This document shows, piece by piece, positions 60,553-64,000 of a stretch of 64,000 nucleotides of DNA; position 1 is the stretch's first letter, and each line of letters opens with the position of its first letter. The DNA lies in assembly GCA_050575255.1 (NCBI GenBank), contig JBNZDD010013568.1:1481243-1545242 (forward strand), written 5' to 3'. Made by a program: the position numbers and the translations under genes. Source of the DNA: Harriotta raleighana (taxonomy: Eukaryota). The notes beneath the pieces were generated by a model that did not search any database, was not told the origin of the DNA, and saw only the letters and a program-made list of their open reading frames with translations.

Positions 60553-61842
60553 CAGATAGCTGTAGGATTCTGTGATCAAAAGTTTTCTCATTCCTTAATT
60601 ACAACTGTTTACAAGAAACGGATTCAAAATTCACCCCAAACACTAATTTGAATGCTTATCCTGCAGCACAAGTAGGTGCTGTAGTTTGGACTAATTTCAA
60701 ACCTGTAATTGATTTTTGTAGTTGATTGATGAAGATAAAGAGCTGTAGTTTGGTTTGGGGTTTGTGATAGCGTTGTCTCGTCCCCTGGATTACTTCCACC
60801 AGGTTTCCAACGTTCACTACCGTCTTGTGGTAGTGGAGATAAGGTTGGAAGCTACAATGTCTTGGTTTGACTAATCCAGATGGCCTCTTGCTCACAACCC
60901 TGAACATGCTCTGACATCTCGCCCATTTTGATGTTTCGGGAGATGTTCTGAGAAGCTGTGTTTATGAGTGTTGTGAGTTTAAGAAGTGACTAACTCCTGT
61001 GTTAACTAGAAAGGCTAATTTTTCCAATTGCATATTAAATATATAAATCTACTTTCTGATCGATTACACTGACAAGGTCAAACATACTAACTGATCTTTT
61101 TTTCTGTTTAAGTCAAACCAAGTAATTATGATTGCAGCTGAATTGAAATTAGATTTAACATTGGCATTTTAGAGTAAATTATAATTTAGACGTACACATT
61201 AAAACCTTCCAGACTGGGAGGGTCGTCTGTTAACCCCACAAAATGACTGTCGTGGACTTGTTGTGCTAACGACACAGCGTTACTTGGTGTTATTTATACT
61301 GTAATGTTGACGCCACACCTTCCTGATGGTGTTTTGACACTAGAACAGCCAAGTAAACGTTGGGAGACAATGTTGTGATTTGATTCCAAGCCCCTGCTCT
61401 GGAAACCACAGTCAGAGAACCCCAGTGAGGATCAGCCTCAGTGGATCTCCCAATCCCATATCGCCTGCCGCGTAACCCGGAGTGTGGACCGTGGCTAATT
61501 TCGAAGGAACGTTTCATGTGCTTGGGCAGAGTTTAGGCTGTTTCACGTGGAGAGAGAGAGAGAGAGCTGGTCGCTCTCCTGGCTCTTTAATCAATTTAAA
61601 CAAAGGACGCAGCGTTCCACACACAACAGCTGGTGGAGTTTTGTTCAAGTAGTCAGCTACACACTGCCCACAGCTCAGCTTCAACTCCAGGCACAGAGTC
61701 AGAGCCGCCAGGAAACACGGGCTTCTTGCTCCCAAAACCGATATACTTTGGGTGACAATGTCATGGCATAAATGAGGGTTAAAACCTTGCTCTGAATGCA
61801 ATGCTGGTGCTTTGCTGTGGTCACTAGATCGAACCAAAGCCC

Positions 61843-61982
61843 AACCCTGTCAGAGCATGAGGTTCCGGCTTTTGGTTCCATAAATTCAGACTCCTGTTAT
61901 GCCAGTACGTGTCACNAACCCTGTCAGAGCATGAGGTTCCGGCTTTTGGTTCCATAAATTCAGACTCCTGTTATGCCAGTAC
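61843..61982. repeat. 66-bp duplication across the N at 61916
   Basis: aaccctgtcagagcatg...gccagtac at 61843-61908 and 61917-61982. Confidence 0.85.
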
Positions 61983-62237
61983 ATTCCCGGATGCTACCCC
62001 ACGTGAAGTGCGTTATACAAATGCAAGTTGTTGTTGTTGTTGTTGTTGTGGCTGCTGGGCAGCACCTCTGGGTGGGACAGTCAACGATAGTGTTGGTGAT
62101 GGTGTGCAGGAACCCTGCTCAATCCTAATTTCAGAAAGGCTTAGGTTGGTGACAGGCAAGACTTGTGGGGAGGGAGCCGCAGAGCGCAGAGTAATCTCAG
62201 ACAATAACAATTCAGCATAATTTGACTGAAGAGCTGC

Positions 62238-62299
62238 TCATTATGTTGTTGGCATCAAATCTAAATATGCATTTAGATTTGATGTCAACAACATAATGA
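62238..62299. repeat. Near-perfect palindrome, 29-bp arms and 4-nt loop
   Basis: tcattatgttgttggcatcaaatctaaat-atgc-atttagatttgatgtcaacaacataatga; one G/T mismatch. Confidence 0.9.
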
Positions 62300-62789
62300 C
62301 ACAACAGAAACTATAAAACTACAGAAAATGGGAAAGTGTTTTCACATCACTAAATTATAACTCCTCTAGGTTTTTTAATTCACATTTCTCTGTCATACCA
62401 GCACAGATGGGTTGTGTCACACGTTCTTGTGCACGCAGTGAGGAGAAGGGGGGGAGATTGTTTGATTGTTGCTAATGTAAGATTATTGCCTGCAGCAAAG
62501 CACAGCATTAGAATCAAATGCTGTGTAAAGAAGGAAATTTGATTGTTGTAGTTTTGAAGGTCACAGCTTTTGTAAAGATAACACATTGCATTCCTACCTT
62601 CCTTCTGTCAACATCCAAATGTTAAACCTTATTATTTGTACTGGGATCGTTCCTTTGGCAAATCACGCTACAATTTTGATGCAAATACATTTAGTATAAA
62701 TGAAATATAAATTTTGCTACAGGTTTTCTGAGAAGCTTGGATTTGCCAGGATGTCTCTGTGTTATATTGGACTTATTGGAAGAGCATGT

Positions 62790-62905
62790 TATAACGACGA
62801 CGACGACAACAACAACAACAAAATTACATTTGTAGAGTGCCTGGAGGACAAGGAGGATGTCCCAAGGCGTTGATCAGTCAGGTCGGGACCCGAGCAAGGA
62901 AGAAG
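62790..62905 (-). mobile_element. L2 LINE 3' tail
   Basis: (acg)n(aac)n-aaaattacatttgtagagtgcc...gtcccaaggcgttgatcagtcaggtcgggacccgagc. Confidence 0.8.
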
Positions 62906-63216
62906 GGCAGAGTAGGTGGGGAGGGAGAGGGGCAGGGTAGGTGGGGAGGGAGAGGGGCAGGGTAGGTGGGGAGGGAGAGGGGCAGGGTAGGTGGGGAGGG
63001 AGAGGGGCAGGGTAGGTGGGGAGGGAGAGGGGCAGGGTAGGTGGGGAGGGAGAGGGGCAGGGTAGGTGGGGAGGGAGAGGGGCAGGGTAGGTGGGGAGGG
63101 AGAGGGGCAGGGTAGGTGGGGAGGGAGAGGGGCAGGGTAGGTGGGGAGGGAGAGGGGCAGGGTAGGTGGGGAGGGAGAGGGGCAGGGTAGGTGGGGAGGG
63201 AGAGGGGCAGGGTAGG
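62905..63216. repeat. G-rich 25-bp minisatellite, about 12 copies (GGGGCAGGGTAGGTGGGGAGGGAGA)
   Basis: Exact 25-bp periodicity; only the first unit is variant. Confidence 0.95.
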
Positions 63217-63784
63217 GCGGAAAGAGTCGGGGTTACACTCTTAAGCATAGAACTTGTACAATGAAACTCTTCATCCCACATTTGATCTCATCCTGCCACA
63301 TTCCCAATGATGGCATCTGTGGGTTCTTATTGACAGTTTTTTTTTCACAAAGTGTGGAATTGCAAGCTGCAATGCTAGCCTGATCGGGAAAGCAGGAATT
63401 CATTGCAACAACATTCATCCTGCTCGATCCCTTATTCCCCAGGGCCTGTTTGTGATCCCCGGCCTCCCTGTACAAAATGATCAATGTTACTCTCAGGGCA
63501 AATCGAGACTGAATACATCACTGCTTTTTGGCAGCGGTTAGGAGGAGTGTTACGTTTGCCTCTCTCTCAAGCTTCTCTTAGCTTCTGGATCGGAGCAGGA
63601 GCTGGGGGGAGAGGAGGCAGCACAACATTTGTTGTACAACTGTATTTCACCATGTGTGGCCATGCAGCCAATTGGAGCTCTCTGAGAGAGGGAGATAGCA
63701 CACGCTCTGACTGGGGTTTCCAGGAATACCATCCACATGCAGTTTAAAGTGGATCAGAGTGGAAAAAGTCATTACTTGTAATAG

Positions 63785-64000
63785 GAATAAGAATAATCCT
63801 TGCGTTTGAATACGGTACATCTTTCACATCTTCTCAAAGTGCCTCACAGAATATACTGTGAAGTGAATTGACTGTATATTTGTGCATGAAACGCGGCAGC
63901 CGATTGCACAGAGCAGTGTCCCACAAACAGTCGTGGATTGAAATGACCAATTTACTATTTTTTTAGGGATTATTATTAATCGAAAGGCCGAATGTCCTAC
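63785..64000 (-). mobile_element. Young Deu-domain SINE running off the window end
   Basis: aataatccttgcgtttg...cacagaatatactgtgaagtgaattgactg...gaaacgcggcagccgattgcacagagcagtgtcccacaaacag. Confidence 0.85.

Noticed and set aside
62874-63281. 135-aa Pro-rich repetitive ORF
   Set aside because: Translation of a 25-bp (non-triplet) minisatellite.

Overview
This is non-coding vertebrate DNA (a large intron or intergenic stretch), almost certainly from a cartilaginous fish. The repeat vocabulary best fits the elephant shark Callorhinchus milii, but that species call is inference from memory, not a search result. I found no host protein-coding exon, rRNA, genuine tRNA or CRISPR array. Every ORF with recognisable homology is a decayed piece of CR1 or L2 LINE ORF2 (e.g. 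GGCAFSHYAPRLWNSFP, VPRGSVLSPLLF, EWNRLPRE, QERATRLIPSI). The window is a mosaic of CR1/L2 fragments, tRNA-headed Deu-domain SINEs (a young (TAA)n-tailed family and an older one), very short (GTT)n-tailed LINE 3' ends, Penelope-derived hairpins, small DNA-transposon MITEs and micro/minisatellites. Four of the five single-N junctions are flanked by near-identical direct duplications, which are most likely unmerged haplotype overlaps. The most interesting signals are: (1) a near-perfect 344-bp inverted repeat whose flanks suggest a recent templated inverted insertion; (2) Penelope-like hairpins carrying a minimal hammerhead-ribozyme core; (3) a 70-bp hAT MITE with perfect TIRs and TSD; (4) a 62-bp near-perfect palindrome; (5) a G-quadruplex-type minisatellite grown from an L2 3' UTR. 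I cannot support a claim of a wholly new multi-gene system. Coordinates of old repeats are approximate (about +/-20 bp).
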